Of a stretch of 64,000 nucleotides of DNA, positions 34,717 to 44,084 are shown piece after piece. How positions within the stretch are numbered: position 1 is the stretch's first letter; the number at the start of each line of letters is the position of its first letter. The stretch is from positions 5,521-69,520 of the forward strand of contig CAVWRT010000003.1 of assembly GCA_963757585.1 (NCBI GenBank), written 5' to 3'. Made by a program: the position numbers and the translations under genes. This stretch comes from Rubricoccaceae bacterium. Its GTDB lineage: Bacteria > Bacteroidota > Rhodothermia > Rhodothermales > Rubricoccaceae. The notes under the pieces were generated by a model that had not been told where the DNA came from, did no database searches, and saw only the letters and a program-made list of their open reading frames with translations.

Positions 34717-35562
34717 ATGGCGACGGGCCGCATCACGCTCAAGAACAGCCAGGACATCGCGGGCCTGCGCGAGGCGGCGAAAGTCGTCGAGCGAGCGCTC
34801 GCGGCGGCGGCCGAGTTGATCGAGCCCGGCCGTGCCACCCTCGACCTCGACGCCGCCGCCGAGGCGGTCATCCGGGACGCGGGAGGGCGGCCGGCGTTCA
34901 AGGGCTACCGCATGGGCGGAGACACGGACCCCTTTCCGGGCAGCCTGTGCATCTCGGTCAACGACGTCGTGGTGCACGGCTTCCCGAGTGCGCTCCCGCT
35001 GCAGGAGGGCGACGTGGTGTCGGTCGACTGCGGCGTCGAACTGGACGGCTACTTCGGCGACTTCGCCTACACGTTCCCTGTCGGCGACATCTCCGACCAG
35101 GCGCGGGAGTTGCTCGACACGACCAAGGCGTCACTGTACCAAGGCATCGAGCAGGCGATCGCGGGCAAGCGCGTGGGCGACATCGGCCATGCGGTCCAGA
35201 CCTACTGCGAGAGCCGAGGCTACGGAGTCGTGCGCGACCTGGTGGGCCACGGCGTCGGACGACACTTGCACGAGCCGCCCAACGTGCCCAACCTGGGACG
35301 GCGCGGCGTGGGCAAGAAGCTCAAGGCCGGCCTGACGATCTGCATCGAGCCGATGATCAACGGCGGAACGGGCGACGTGACCGTCGACCCGGACGGCTGG
35401 ACGGTGCGGACGGCCGACGGCGCGCCATCGGCGCACTACGAGCACATGGTGCTGGTGGAGAAGGGCCGGCCCGAGATTTTGTCCTCCTACGACCTGATTG
35501 AGGCCGCGCTGGCGACGACGCGCGGAGTACCCTCGGCGCCCTCCACCGCGTCTGTCGCGTAA
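34717..35562 (+). CDS. map: Methionine aminopeptidase type I
   Basis: [16 protein letters not shown]...GDFA, GHGVG...HEPP, IEPM, AHYEH. Confidence 0.97.
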   Translation: MATGRITLKNSQDIAGLREAAKVVERALAAAAELIEPGRATLDLDAAAEAVIRDAGGRPAFKGYRMGGDTDPFPGSLCISVNDVVVHGFPSALPLQEGDVVSVDCGVELDGYFGDFAYTFPVGDISDQARELLDTTKASLYQGIEQAIAGKRVGDIGHAVQTYCESRGYGVVRDLVGHGVGRHLHEPPNVPNLGRRGVGKKLKAGLTICIEPMINGGTGDVTVDPDGWTVRTADGAPSAHYEHMVLVEKGRPEILSSYDLIEAALATTRGVPSAPSTASVA

Positions 35563-35597
35563 GACACCCCCAACCCCCAGCGCCACGGCGCTCCTGT

Positions 35598-35816
35598 ATG
35601 GCGAAGCAGCCCGCAATTCGACAAGACGGCAAAGTCACCGAAGCCCTCCCAAACGCCCAGTTCCGGGTGGAGCTTGAGAATGGCCACGAGATCCTGGGTC
35701 TCCTGTCCGGCAAGATGCGGAAGTTCTACATCCGCATCCTGCCAGGCGACCGCGTCACGGTCGAGATGTCGCCGTACGACTTGACGAAGGGGCGCATCGT
35801 CTACCGCTACAAGTAG
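35598..35816 (+). CDS. infA: Translation initiation factor IF-1
   Basis: [28 protein letters not shown]. Confidence 0.99.
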   Translation: MAKQPAIRQDGKVTEALPNAQFRVELENGHEILGLLSGKMRKFYIRILPGDRVTVEMSPYDLTKGRIVYRYK

Positions 35817-35993
35817 CCGCCAGGCGACGCGGCCCGCCTCGGCGGCCGCTGCGACCGAGGCGCCACCCGAGGCGGAGGACGCGCACAGCCTCGGCGGGCT
35901 TTTCACGCCGCCTGCCACGTGGACCGACCGTTTCGGGGCGTTCTTCCAGGCCGGCCCCTTTTGCGGGCCACTCCCATCTAGATCCGTACGACC

Positions 35994-36110
35994 ATGAAGG
36001 TTCGCGCCAGCGTCAAGAAGCGGTCGGCCGACGACAAGATCGTCCGCCGCAAGGGCCGCATCTACATCATCAACAAGAAGAACCCCAAGCACAAGCAGCG
36101 CCAGGGTTGA
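35994..36110 (+). CDS. rpmJ: 50S ribosomal protein L36, cysteine-free form (not in ORF track)
   Basis: Hand translation [38 protein letters not shown]. Confidence 0.97.
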   Translation: MKVRASVKKRSADDKIVRRKGRIYIINKKNPKHKQRQG

Positions 36111-36163
36111 TTCAAGAGGGAGGGGGAGCACGCTTTCCCGCCCCGATTTCCTCACAGAGAACT

Positions 36164-36544
36164 ATGCCTCGAATCGCAGGAGTAGACGTCCCCGGCCGCA
36201 AACGCGCCGTCATCGCTCTGACGTCCATCTACGGCGTCGGTGACAACCTGGCGGCCGAGATCTTGGACCGCGCCGGTCTCGACACCGACACCCACCCCGA
36301 CGCGTGGTCGGAGGAGGAGACGCGCCGCGTCCGGTCGCTGATCGAGGACAACTACGTCGTGGAGGGCGCGCTCCGCACGGAGACGCAGCTCAACATCAAG
36401 CGGCTGATGGACATCGGCTGCTACCGCGGTCTCCGTCACCGCAAGGGCCTGCCGGTCCGCGGCCAGCGGACCAAGACGAACGCGCGCACCCGCAAGGGCC
36501 GCAAGCGCACCGTCGCCGGCAAGAAGAAGGCACCGCGCAAGTAG
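36164..36544 (+). CDS. rpsM: 30S ribosomal protein S13
   Basis: [31 protein letters not shown]. Confidence 0.98.
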   Translation: MPRIAGVDVPGRKRAVIALTSIYGVGDNLAAEILDRAGLDTDTHPDAWSEEETRRVRSLIEDNYVVEGALRTETQLNIKRLMDIGCYRGLRHRKGLPVRGQRTKTNARTRKGRKRTVAGKKKAPRK

Positions 36545-36707
36545 ACCCGCCGGGGCTTGGCGCCCCTCGGTCTCGCGCGAGCGCCGACGCACGCAGGCAC
36601 CCCGGCCGCCTCGGTGGCACTGGGGTCACCCCTGACGCTTCGGCACCGCCCGCCCCACACCCTGGGGCGATCCACCTCACCGGGCTCCGGCCCTCACGCA
36701 ACGCATC

Positions 36708-37100
36708 ATGGCGAAGCAACAAGCACGCGGCGGACGCCGCAAGAAGGTCCAGGTCGAGTCGAACGGCAACGCCTACATCAAGGCCTCGTTCAACAACATC
36801 CTGATCACGATCACGGACGCCTACGGCAACACGATCTCGTGGAGCTCGTCGGGCAAGATGGGCTTCCGCGGCTCGCGGAAGAACACCCCGTACGCCGCCC
36901 AGGTGGCGGGCTCCGAGGCGGCCAAGGAGGCCTACGACCTCGGCCTCCGCCGCGTCGACGTCTACGTCAAGGGCCCCGGCTCCGGCCGCGAGGGCGCGGT
37001 TCGCGCGCTCGCCCTGTCGGGACTGGAGGTGCTCTCCATCCGCGACACCACCCCGATTCCTCACAACGGCTGCCGGCCCGCCAAGCGCCGCCGCGTCTGA
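36708..37100 (+). CDS. rpsK: 30S ribosomal protein S11
   Basis: [26 protein letters not shown]. Confidence 0.99.
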   Translation: MAKQQARGGRRKKVQVESNGNAYIKASFNNILITITDAYGNTISWSSSGKMGFRGSRKNTPYAAQVAGSEAAKEAYDLGLRRVDVYVKGPGSGREGAVRALALSGLEVLSIRDTTPIPHNGCRPAKRRRV

Positions 37101-37291
37101 GCCGGCGGGAGAGGGGAGACGCTGTCTGTCTCACACCTCCTCCCGACGCTCACCCGCGACGGCCGAGGCACTAAGCCCGGCTGCGCCCGCCTCGGCTCAC
37201 CGCTGGTGAGACCCGGGGGCGGACCGCACGTAGTTCCCTGGTCCCCTCGAAGCCACCGAGGCGGGCCGACTCACGAGACACCCTCACCATC

Positions 37292-37894
37292 ATGGCCCGT
37301 TACCGCGGACCCAAGCAGAAGATCGCTCGCCGCTTTGGCGAGCCCATCTTCGGACCCTCCAAGGCGCTCGAGCGCAAGCCCTACGGCCCCGGCCAGCACG
37401 GCAACCAGCGCCGGCGCAAAGAGAGCGAGTACTCCGTCCAGCTCAAAGAGAAGCAAAAGGCGAAGTACACCTACGGCCTGCTCGAGAAGCAGTTCAGGAA
37501 CGTCTTCGAGAAGGCCGCCCGCAAAAAGGGCGTCACCGGAGAGAACCTGCTCCAACTCCTGGAGGCCCGCCTGGACAACGTGGTCTACCGCCTGGGCTTT
37601 GCCCGGACGCGCCGCCAGGCCCGTCAGCTGGTCACGCACGGCCACGTGATGGTCAACGACCGCGTCTCGGGCATCCCGAGCCACACGCTGCGCCCCGGCG
37701 ACATGGTCGAGGTCCGGCCCAAGTCCAAGAACCTCACGACGGTCCAGGACGCCATGACCATCAACCGTCGCAACTTCAACCACCTGGAGGTGGACCGCGA
37801 CGGCCTCAAGGGCAAGTTCCTGGACTTCCCGACGCGTGACGACATCCCGGAAAACATCCGGGAGCAGCTCATCGTCGAGCTCTACAGCAAGTAA
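37292..37894 (+). CDS. rpsD: 30S ribosomal protein S4
   Basis: PGQHG, EKQKAKYTYG, RLDNVVYRLG, IVELYSK. Confidence 0.99.
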   Translation: MARYRGPKQKIARRFGEPIFGPSKALERKPYGPGQHGNQRRRKESEYSVQLKEKQKAKYTYGLLEKQFRNVFEKAARKKGVTGENLLQLLEARLDNVVYRLGFARTRRQARQLVTHGHVMVNDRVSGIPSHTLRPGDMVEVRPKSKNLTTVQDAMTINRRNFNHLEVDRDGLKGKFLDFPTRDDIPENIREQLIVELYSK

Positions 37895-37969
37895 TCGCCC
37901 GGCGCGTCCTGGCCCGCCTCAGCGGCTGCCCGGGCGCGCCACGTTCTCACCCAGCAAGCAAGCCTCACT

Positions 37970-38947
37970 ATGGCACAATTCCAGCTCCAGATGCCCGACG
38001 GCGTCACGGTCGAGGAGATGAACGAGACGTACGGGCGGTTCGTCGTCCAGCCGCTCGAGCGCGGCTACGGCGTTACGATCGGCAACGCGTTTCGGCGCGT
38101 GCTCCTGTCGTCGCTCTCCGGCACGGCCATCACGGCCGTCCGCGTCGACGGCGTTCAGCACGAGTTCTCGACCATCCCCGGCGTCACCGAGGACGTCACC
38201 GACATCATCCTCAACCTCAAGGGCGTCCGGTTTCGGGCCGAGGAGGAGGACGAGGGGACCGTCTCGATCCACCTTGAAGGCGGAGGCAACTGGACCGCGA
38301 AGGACATCGCCGACAACACGGCGGACTTCGAGGTCTTGAACCCTGACCACCACATCGCCACGCTCGCCGAGGACGCCGACGTCCGCATCGACCTGCGCGT
38401 CGAGCAGGGCCGCGGCTACGTCGGCTCCGACGACAACAAGCGCGCCGACGACCCGATTGGCGTGGTCGCTATCGACGCGATCTTTACGCCCATCCTCAAC
38501 GTCAAGTACAACGTCACCCCGACGCGCGTCGGCGACCGGATCGACTACGAGCGCCTGACGCTCGAGGTCGAGACCGACGGCAGCGTGACGGCTGAGGACG
38601 CGCTGACGCGTGCCGCGGCCATCCTGCGCGACCACATCGGCCTGTTCGTCGAGGTCGACGCCACGTCGGGCGAGGACGCCGAGGAGACCGAGGTCGACGC
38701 CGAGGTGCAGCGCGTCCGCGCCGTGCTCGGCCAGTCGGTCGACGACCTCGACCTGTCGGTCCGCGCCCAGAACTGCCTGCGCGCCGCCTCCATCAAGACC
38801 ATCGGCGACCTCGTCGGCCGGGAGGAGAGCGAGATGCTCAAGTTCCGCAACTTTGGCCGCAAGTCGCTCTTGGAGCTGGTGGACGTCCTGGAGGAGCGCG
38901 GCCTGCGCTTCGGCATGGACGTCGACCGCTACGGCGACATGAACTAA
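37970..38947 (+). CDS. rpoA: DNA-directed RNA polymerase subunit alpha
   Basis: PLERGYGVTIGNAFRRVLLSS, HEFSTIPGV, LSVRAQNCL, NFGRKSL. Confidence 0.99.
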   Translation: MAQFQLQMPDGVTVEEMNETYGRFVVQPLERGYGVTIGNAFRRVLLSSLSGTAITAVRVDGVQHEFSTIPGVTEDVTDIILNLKGVRFRAEEEDEGTVSIHLEGGGNWTAKDIADNTADFEVLNPDHHIATLAEDADVRIDLRVEQGRGYVGSDDNKRADDPIGVVAIDAIFTPILNVKYNVTPTRVGDRIDYERLTLEVETDGSVTAEDALTRAAAILRDHIGLFVEVDATSGEDAEETEVDAEVQRVRAVLGQSVDDLDLSVRAQNCLRAASIKTIGDLVGREESEMLKFRNFGRKSLLELVDVLEERGLRFGMDVDRYGDMN

Positions 38948-38988
38948 AGGTGCCGGGCATCGCCCCGACCCCTGCACCCTGACCTGAC

Positions 38989-39870
38989 ATGAAACACGGA
39001 AAGAAGATTCTGAAGCTCGGCCGCAACGCCTCCCACCGGAAGGCGACCCTGCAGTCGATGTCGGCCGCGCTCCTGGAGCACAAGCGGATCAACACCACAT
39101 TCGCGAAGGCCAAGGCGCTGCGCCGCTTTGTCGAGCCCATCATCACGCACGGCAAGGACGACTCGACGCACAGCCGTCGCCAGGCCTTCCGCAAGCTCAA
39201 CGACAAGGAGGCCGTCAAGACCTTGTACAACGAGGTCGCGCCGACGGTCGGCGACCGCCCCGGCGGCTACGTCCGGATCGTGAAGCTGGGCCAGCGTGCC
39301 GGCGACGCGGCCGAGATGGCGATGGTGGAGCTGGTCGACTTTAACGACGTCCGCCCCCACGGCGCCGGCGGTTCGAAGCGGAAGACGCGCCGCTCGCGCA
39401 GCCGCGGAGGCAACAACACGGCGCCGACCATCCAGGAGCCGTCCGCCGAGACCGTCGACGAGACGCCCGCCGAGTTGGCGCCCGCTGACGCTCAGCCCGA
39501 CGCTCCCGAGGCGGAGGCCCCCGAGGCGGAGGCCCCCGAGGCGGAGGCCCCCGAGGCGGAGGCCCCCGAGGCGGAGGCCCCCGAGGCGGAGGCCCCCGAG
39601 GCGGAGGCCCCCGAGGCGGAGGCCCCCGAGGCGGAGGCCCCCGAGGCGGAGGCCCCCGAGGTGGAGGCTCCCGAGGCCCAAGCCGAGGCCAGCCAGCCGG
39701 CGGATGCCATCGCGGCCGACGGCCCGACCCCCGACGCGGCCGGCTCGGTCGTGGTCCCGCCCTCGGGCGACGACCACCCGGACGCCGCCCAGGGTGCCGA
39801 CACGGGCACCGGCGAGCCCGGGCCGGGCGCCGACGCCGAAAACCAGGGCCGGTCGCACGACAACCGGTAG
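38989..39870 (+). CDS. rplQ: 50S ribosomal protein L17 with ~170-aa acidic repetitive tail
   Basis: KLGRNASHRKA, RPGGYVRI, GDAAEM core; then (PEAEA)10 tail. Confidence 0.97.
   Translation: MKHGKKILKLGRNASHRKATLQSMSAALLEHKRINTTFAKAKALRRFVEPIITHGKDDSTHSRRQAFRKLNDKEAVKTLYNEVAPTVGDRPGGYVRIVKLGQRAGDAAEMAMVELVDFNDVRPHGAGGSKRKTRRSRSRGGNNTAPTIQEPSAETVDETPAELAPADAQPDAPEAEAPEAEAPEAEAPEAEAPEAEAPEAEAPEAEAPEAEAPEAEAPEAEAPEVEAPEAQAEASQPADAIAADGPTPDAAGSVVVPPSGDDHPDAAQGADTGTGEPGPGADAENQGRSHDNR
39505..39669 (+). repeat. 15-bp tandem repeat CCCGAGGCGGAGGCC x10 plus one variant unit
   Basis: Ten identical units 39505-39654, variant CCCGAGGTGGAGGCT at 39655-39669. Confidence 0.97.
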
Positions 39871-40058
39871 CTTCCACGCATTCGCCAGGTCCGTCCGCCT
39901 CGGTGGCCGGACCGACGGATCCCGCGGGGTCTCGCCTTTGGGCGGGGCCCCGCGTGCCGTTTGCCGGCCACGCTTGCGTGCCCATGCCGTGGCCGAGCAG
40001 GGTGCCGCGCGCGGCTAGATTCCCACACGCCTGACCTTCGCCCGGGCGTTCTCGCCCC

Positions 40059-42329
40059 ATGATCCAGGCCTCCGCCGACCTCCACCGCCACCTCGACGCG
40101 CTCGTCGTGGTGCCCGAGTACGAACGCCGCCTGCGTGTGCTCCTGGAGCACTGCGACCGCAACCTGCCGTCGGTCGACGAGAGCCTGATCCGGCGCGCGT
40201 TCCAGATCGCGTACTGGGCGCACCGCGACGACCGCCGGGCGTCGGGCGAGCTGTACATCTCGCACCCCCTCGAGGTGGCGCTGATCGCGGCCAAGGACAT
40301 CCGCATGGACGACGTGACGGTCGCGGCGGCGCTGCTGCACGACACCGTCGAGGACACCGACCTGTCGCTCGACCTGATCCGCAGCGAGTTCGGCGACCAG
40401 GTCGCGGCCATCACCGACGGCGTGACCAAGATCGGCCACGTGTTCGAGAACCGCGCCTTGGGCCGCGCCGAGAACGTCCGCAAGCTGATGCTGTCGATGG
40501 CGTCGGACGTGCGCGTGATCCTGGTCAAGTTTGCCGACCGGTTGCACAACATGCGAACCCTCGGCGCCATGCCCGCCGACAAGCAGATCCGCATCGCGGC
40601 CGACACCCAGGACCTGTTCGTGCCGCTCGCGCACCGCTTCGGGCTGCACGAAGTCAAGACTGAGCTGGACGACCTGTGCCTGAAGTACCTCCAGTCGGAG
40701 GCGTACCAGGAGATCGCGCGCGGGCTCAACGCCAAAAAGCGGCAGCGCGAGCGCTACGTCGAGCGCTTTATCGAGCCGGTCCGCGACGAGTTGACCGAGG
40801 CGGGCTTCGCCTTCCAGATCTACGGGCGCCCCAAGAGCATCACCTCCATCTACAACAAGATGAGGCGCCAGGGCGTGACCCTGGACGAGGTCTACGACCT
40901 GTTCGCCATCCGCATCATCCTGGAGACGACCGGCAAGCAGGGCCGTGAGGACTGCTGGCGCGTGTACTCGACGCTGACGGCGCTGTACCCACCGATTGCC
41001 GACCGCTTCCGAGACTTTATCTCGGTCCCCAAGTCGAACGGCTACCAGTCGCTCCACACGACGGTGATCGGGCCGGAGGGCCGGCCGGTCGAGATCCAGA
41101 TCCGGACGCAGGAGATGCACGAGGTCGCCGAGCGCGGCGTGGCGGCGCACTGGAAGTACAAAGAGGGCGGCGGCGACGGCTCGCCGGTCGCGGCGTCCGA
41201 GCAGCGCATCGAGGAGATGTACGCCTGGGTGCGCGACATCCTGGAGACGCCCCAGGGCGAGGACGCCGACGAGTTCGTCCGCCAGTTCCAGCTCAACCTG
41301 TACGAGGAGGAGATCTACGTCTTCACGCCCGGCGGCGACCTGGTGACGCTGCCGCGCGGCGCGACCCCGGTCGACTTCGCCTTCCAGATCCACTCCGAGG
41401 TGGGCTACCACTGCATCGGCGCCAAGGCCGACGGCAAGATGGTGCCGCTGTCCTACCACCTGCAGTCGGGCGAGCAGGTCGAGATCCTGACCTCCAAGCG
41501 CCAGACGCCCAACCCTGACTGGGCCGGCTTCGTGGTGACCCACAAGGCGCAGTCCCGCATCCGCCACTGGATCAACGAGCGGCGCCGCAAGGCGGTCGCG
41601 CACGGCCGCGAGCTGCTCGACAAAAAGCTGGCGCGCGCCAAGCTGTCGCCCGACGAGCAGGAGATCAACAAGACGGCCAGCCGGCTGCGGTTTCCTTCGG
41701 CGCAGCAGCTGTTCTTCGAGATCGGCAGCGGGCTGTTCGAGGCCTCCGACTTTGTCGACGCCATCCGCGCCGGCCGCGCCCCCGACCTGCCCGAGGCCGC
41801 CTCGGGCGAGTCGCCGGCCCTGCTGGAGGTGGACGCCGTCGACTTCCGCGAGGACGCGCGCGAGCGGTCCGGCGGCCGCACCGCGCTCGTGATCGAGGGC
41901 GAGCGGCACACCGACTTGGCCATCGAGTACGCCGCGTGCTGCGGCCCGATTCCGGGCGACGACGTGTTCGGCTTCCTGTCCAAGACGGGCGTCGTCAAGA
42001 TCCACCGCCAGTCGTGCAAGAACGCGCCCCACCTGTTCCTGGACCACGCCGAGCGCACGCTCCCGGTCGAGTGGAGCCGCCAGAAGGACGTCCAGTTTTC
42101 GTCCACGCTCCGGCTCGTGGGCGAAGACCGCGTCGGGATGGTGAGCGAGATGACGGCCGTCATCTCGAAAAGCCTAAAGACCAACATCCGCTCGATCACC
42201 GTCACGTCCGAGGACGGCATGTTCGAGGGCACCATCGTGCTGTACGTCAACGACGTCAAGCAACTGCGCCGGATCATGAAGCGGCTGGGCCGCCTGGACG
42301 GCATCTACGGGGTGTACCGCGAGGAGTAG
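40059..42329 (+). CDS. rel: Bifunctional (p)ppGpp synthetase/hydrolase (RelA/SpoT homologue)
   Basis: HD motif LHDTVED, VKFADRLHNMRT, GRPKS, NGYQSLHT, EIQIRT, TGS VFTP...DFAF, ZFD CCGPIPGD, ACT domain. Confidence 0.95.
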   Translation: MIQASADLHRHLDALVVVPEYERRLRVLLEHCDRNLPSVDESLIRRAFQIAYWAHRDDRRASGELYISHPLEVALIAAKDIRMDDVTVAAALLHDTVEDTDLSLDLIRSEFGDQVAAITDGVTKIGHVFENRALGRAENVRKLMLSMASDVRVILVKFADRLHNMRTLGAMPADKQIRIAADTQDLFVPLAHRFGLHEVKTELDDLCLKYLQSEAYQEIARGLNAKKRQRERYVERFIEPVRDELTEAGFAFQIYGRPKSITSIYNKMRRQGVTLDEVYDLFAIRIILETTGKQGREDCWRVYSTLTALYPPIADRFRDFISVPKSNGYQSLHTTVIGPEGRPVEIQIRTQEMHEVAERGVAAHWKYKEGGGDGSPVAASEQRIEEMYAWVRDILETPQGEDADEFVRQFQLNLYEEEIYVFTPGGDLVTLPRGATPVDFAFQIHSEVGYHCIGAKADGKMVPLSYHLQSGEQVEILTSKRQTPNPDWAGFVVTHKAQSRIRHWINERRRKAVAHGRELLDKKLARAKLSPDEQEINKTASRLRFPSAQQLFFEIGSGLFEASDFVDAIRAGRAPDLPEAASGESPALLEVDAVDFREDARERSGGRTALVIEGERHTDLAIEYAACCGPIPGDDVFGFLSKTGVVKIHRQSCKNAPHLFLDHAERTLPVEWSRQKDVQFSSTLRLVGEDRVGMVSEMTAVISKSLKTNIRSITVTSEDGMFEGTIVLYVNDVKQLRRIMKRLGRLDGIYGVYREE

Positions 42330-42425
42330 GGGCGTTCAGGACGGGACATGTGTGTTGGGGGGCAAGGACCGCCGTCAATAGGGTCATTCCCTACCCCTGG
42401 CCTGTCGCTTGGTAGTCAGTTAGGC

Positions 42426-42433
42426 TATCTTTG
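42426..42433 (+). promoter_or_regulatory. Putative housekeeping promoter element TATCTTTG upstream of HU gene
   Basis: Matches the Bacteroidota TAnnTTTG consensus, lies in an AT-richer spacer. Confidence 0.5.
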
Positions 42434-42548
42434 GGATTCAAATGTCCACGTTCTTGGGTTCCGCGTACGGGCGGGCCCGAGCACCCCCCACCGGCTTTGC
42501 GAGCGCCGTCACTTATGTGTGCGTCCGCGGAACGCCATCTCCCACCTC

Positions 42549-42935
42549 ATGGAATCCTCCTCCGAGCGCGCACCGACGCTCACCAAAAAAGATGTCTCCC
42601 GCGCCGTAGCCGCCGTCACCGGCGAACCGCTCTACCAGTGCGAGCCCTGGGTCCAAGCGACCATTGAGGCGCTCCGCGACCTGATGCTCTCAGCCGATCC
42701 GGAGGTCCGGATCGAGCTTCGCGACTTTGGGGTCTTCGAGGTCAAGAAGACCAAGGCCAAGCCGAAGGCCCGCAACCCCAAGACCAACGAGACGGTCTTT
42801 ATCCCGTCGCGCCGCAAGACGCACTTCAAGCCGGGCAAGAAGCTGCGCGAGCACCTGCAGAAGCCGCTCCAGGACCTGGGCTACGACATCCCCGAGGGCA
42901 GCGCCGACCACCCCAGCACCCGCAAGGCGGCCTGA
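42549..42935 (+). CDS. HU/IHF-family DNA-binding protein
   Basis: LTKKD, IELRDFGVFEV, ARNPKTNE, HFKPGKKL. Confidence 0.92.
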   Translation: MESSSERAPTLTKKDVSRAVAAVTGEPLYQCEPWVQATIEALRDLMLSADPEVRIELRDFGVFEVKKTKAKPKARNPKTNETVFIPSRRKTHFKPGKKLREHLQKPLQDLGYDIPEGSADHPSTRKAA

Positions 42936-42955
42936 GTCGCGAGCTAGCTTGCGGC

Positions 42956-43378
42956 ATGACCCCGACTTCCCGTGTGGCCGGCGTGGACTACGGCGCGCAG
43001 CGCGTCGGCATCGCCGTTACGGACCCGCTCCGCTTGTTTGCCCAGGCCGTGGGCACCTACCGTCCGGGTGAAGCGCTGCGCGTGCTCGCCGAGATGCCCG
43101 ACGTGTCGGTGTTCGTCGTGGGCTGGCCGATCCTGGACGATGGGCGCGAAGGCGCCGCCGTGGACCGCATCCGCCCGTTTCTGGGCCGTCTCAAAAAGGC
43201 CGTGCCCGGTGCCGAGGTCGTGGTGCAGGACGAGCGGGACTCGTCGCGCCGAGCCATGACTCAGATGGTGGCCGCGGGCGTGCCTCGGGGCAAGCGCCGC
43301 GACCGCGCCCGCCTCGACGCCGCCGCGGCGTGCGTCATCCTGCAGGACTGGCTCGACGACCACGACGAAAGCCGGTGA
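42956..43378 (+). CDS. ruvX: YqgF/RuvX family nuclease (pre-16S rRNA processing)
   Basis: GVDYGAQRVGIAVTD, VVGWP, QDERDSS, DAAAACVILQDWL. Confidence 0.93.
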   Translation: MTPTSRVAGVDYGAQRVGIAVTDPLRLFAQAVGTYRPGEALRVLAEMPDVSVFVVGWPILDDGREGAAVDRIRPFLGRLKKAVPGAEVVVQDERDSSRRAMTQMVAAGVPRGKRRDRARLDAAAACVILQDWLDDHDESR

Positions 43379-43448
43379 AGAGACCGAACCGCCGGGCTCT
43401 CGCGCTGCGGCCGTGCGTAGGACACTCCTCACCGCCAGCCCGAGACCT

Positions 43449-44030
43449 GTGATTCTGCCGATCTACGCGTACGGACAACCCGTGCTGCGCGAGCGCGCCG
43501 CCGAGATCGAGGCCGACAGCCCCGACCTGCAGGCGCTGATCGACGACATGATCGAGACCATGCACGCCGCGGCCGGCATCGGGCTGGCCGCGCCTCAGAT
43601 CGGCCGCGCGCTTCGGCTCTTCGTCGCCGACCTGTCGCCCTACGCCGACGACCTGGCGGAGGAGTGGGGGGAGGTGCCCGAGTGGGCTCAGGGCCCGCTG
43701 GTGTTTATCAACCCGGTGCTCGACCTGGACAGCGACTCGGCCGAGGTGGACGTGGAGGAAGGCTGCCTGTCCATCCCCGACCTGCGCGAGACGGTGTGGC
43801 GGCCGGACGGGCTCGTCGTCCGCTACCTCGACCGCGCGTTCCAGGAGCAGAGCCTGCCGGCCGTGGGGCAGCTGTCGCGCGTGATCCAGCACGAGGCCGA
43901 CCACCTGGACGGCGTGCTCTACCTCGACCACCTGTCGCCGCTGCGCCGCCGCCTGCTCCAGCGCCGCTTGCGGGCCATCGCGAGCGGCGAGGCCGAGGCG
44001 GACTACCCGCTGGCGTTCGTCCAGCGGTAG
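43449..44030 (+). CDS. def: Peptide deformylase
   Basis: GIGLAAPQIG, EGCLSIP, QHEADHLDG. Confidence 0.96.
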   Translation: MILPIYAYGQPVLRERAAEIEADSPDLQALIDDMIETMHAAAGIGLAAPQIGRALRLFVADLSPYADDLAEEWGEVPEWAQGPLVFINPVLDLDSDSAEVDVEEGCLSIPDLRETVWRPDGLVVRYLDRAFQEQSLPAVGQLSRVIQHEADHLDGVLYLDHLSPLRRRLLQRRLRAIASGEAEADYPLAFVQR

Positions 44031-44040
44031 ACCAGCCCGG

Positions 44041-44063
44041 CCCGCCTCGGTGCCGAGGCAGGG
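44041..44063. repeat. Motif inverted pair between convergent def and S9 peptidase (possible bidirectional terminator)
   Basis: CCCGCCTCGG-tg-CCGAGGCAGGG. Confidence 0.75.
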
Positions 44064-44084
44064 GTGTGGAGGCGCGCGGCGCGG

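Noticed and set aside
34716..34717. adk missing between secY and map
   Set aside because: A common arrangement in this part of the tree; not novel.
39505..39669. Regular repeat array as possible CRISPR
   Set aside because: Units are contiguous with no unique spacers, lie in frame within rplQ, and no cas genes are present.
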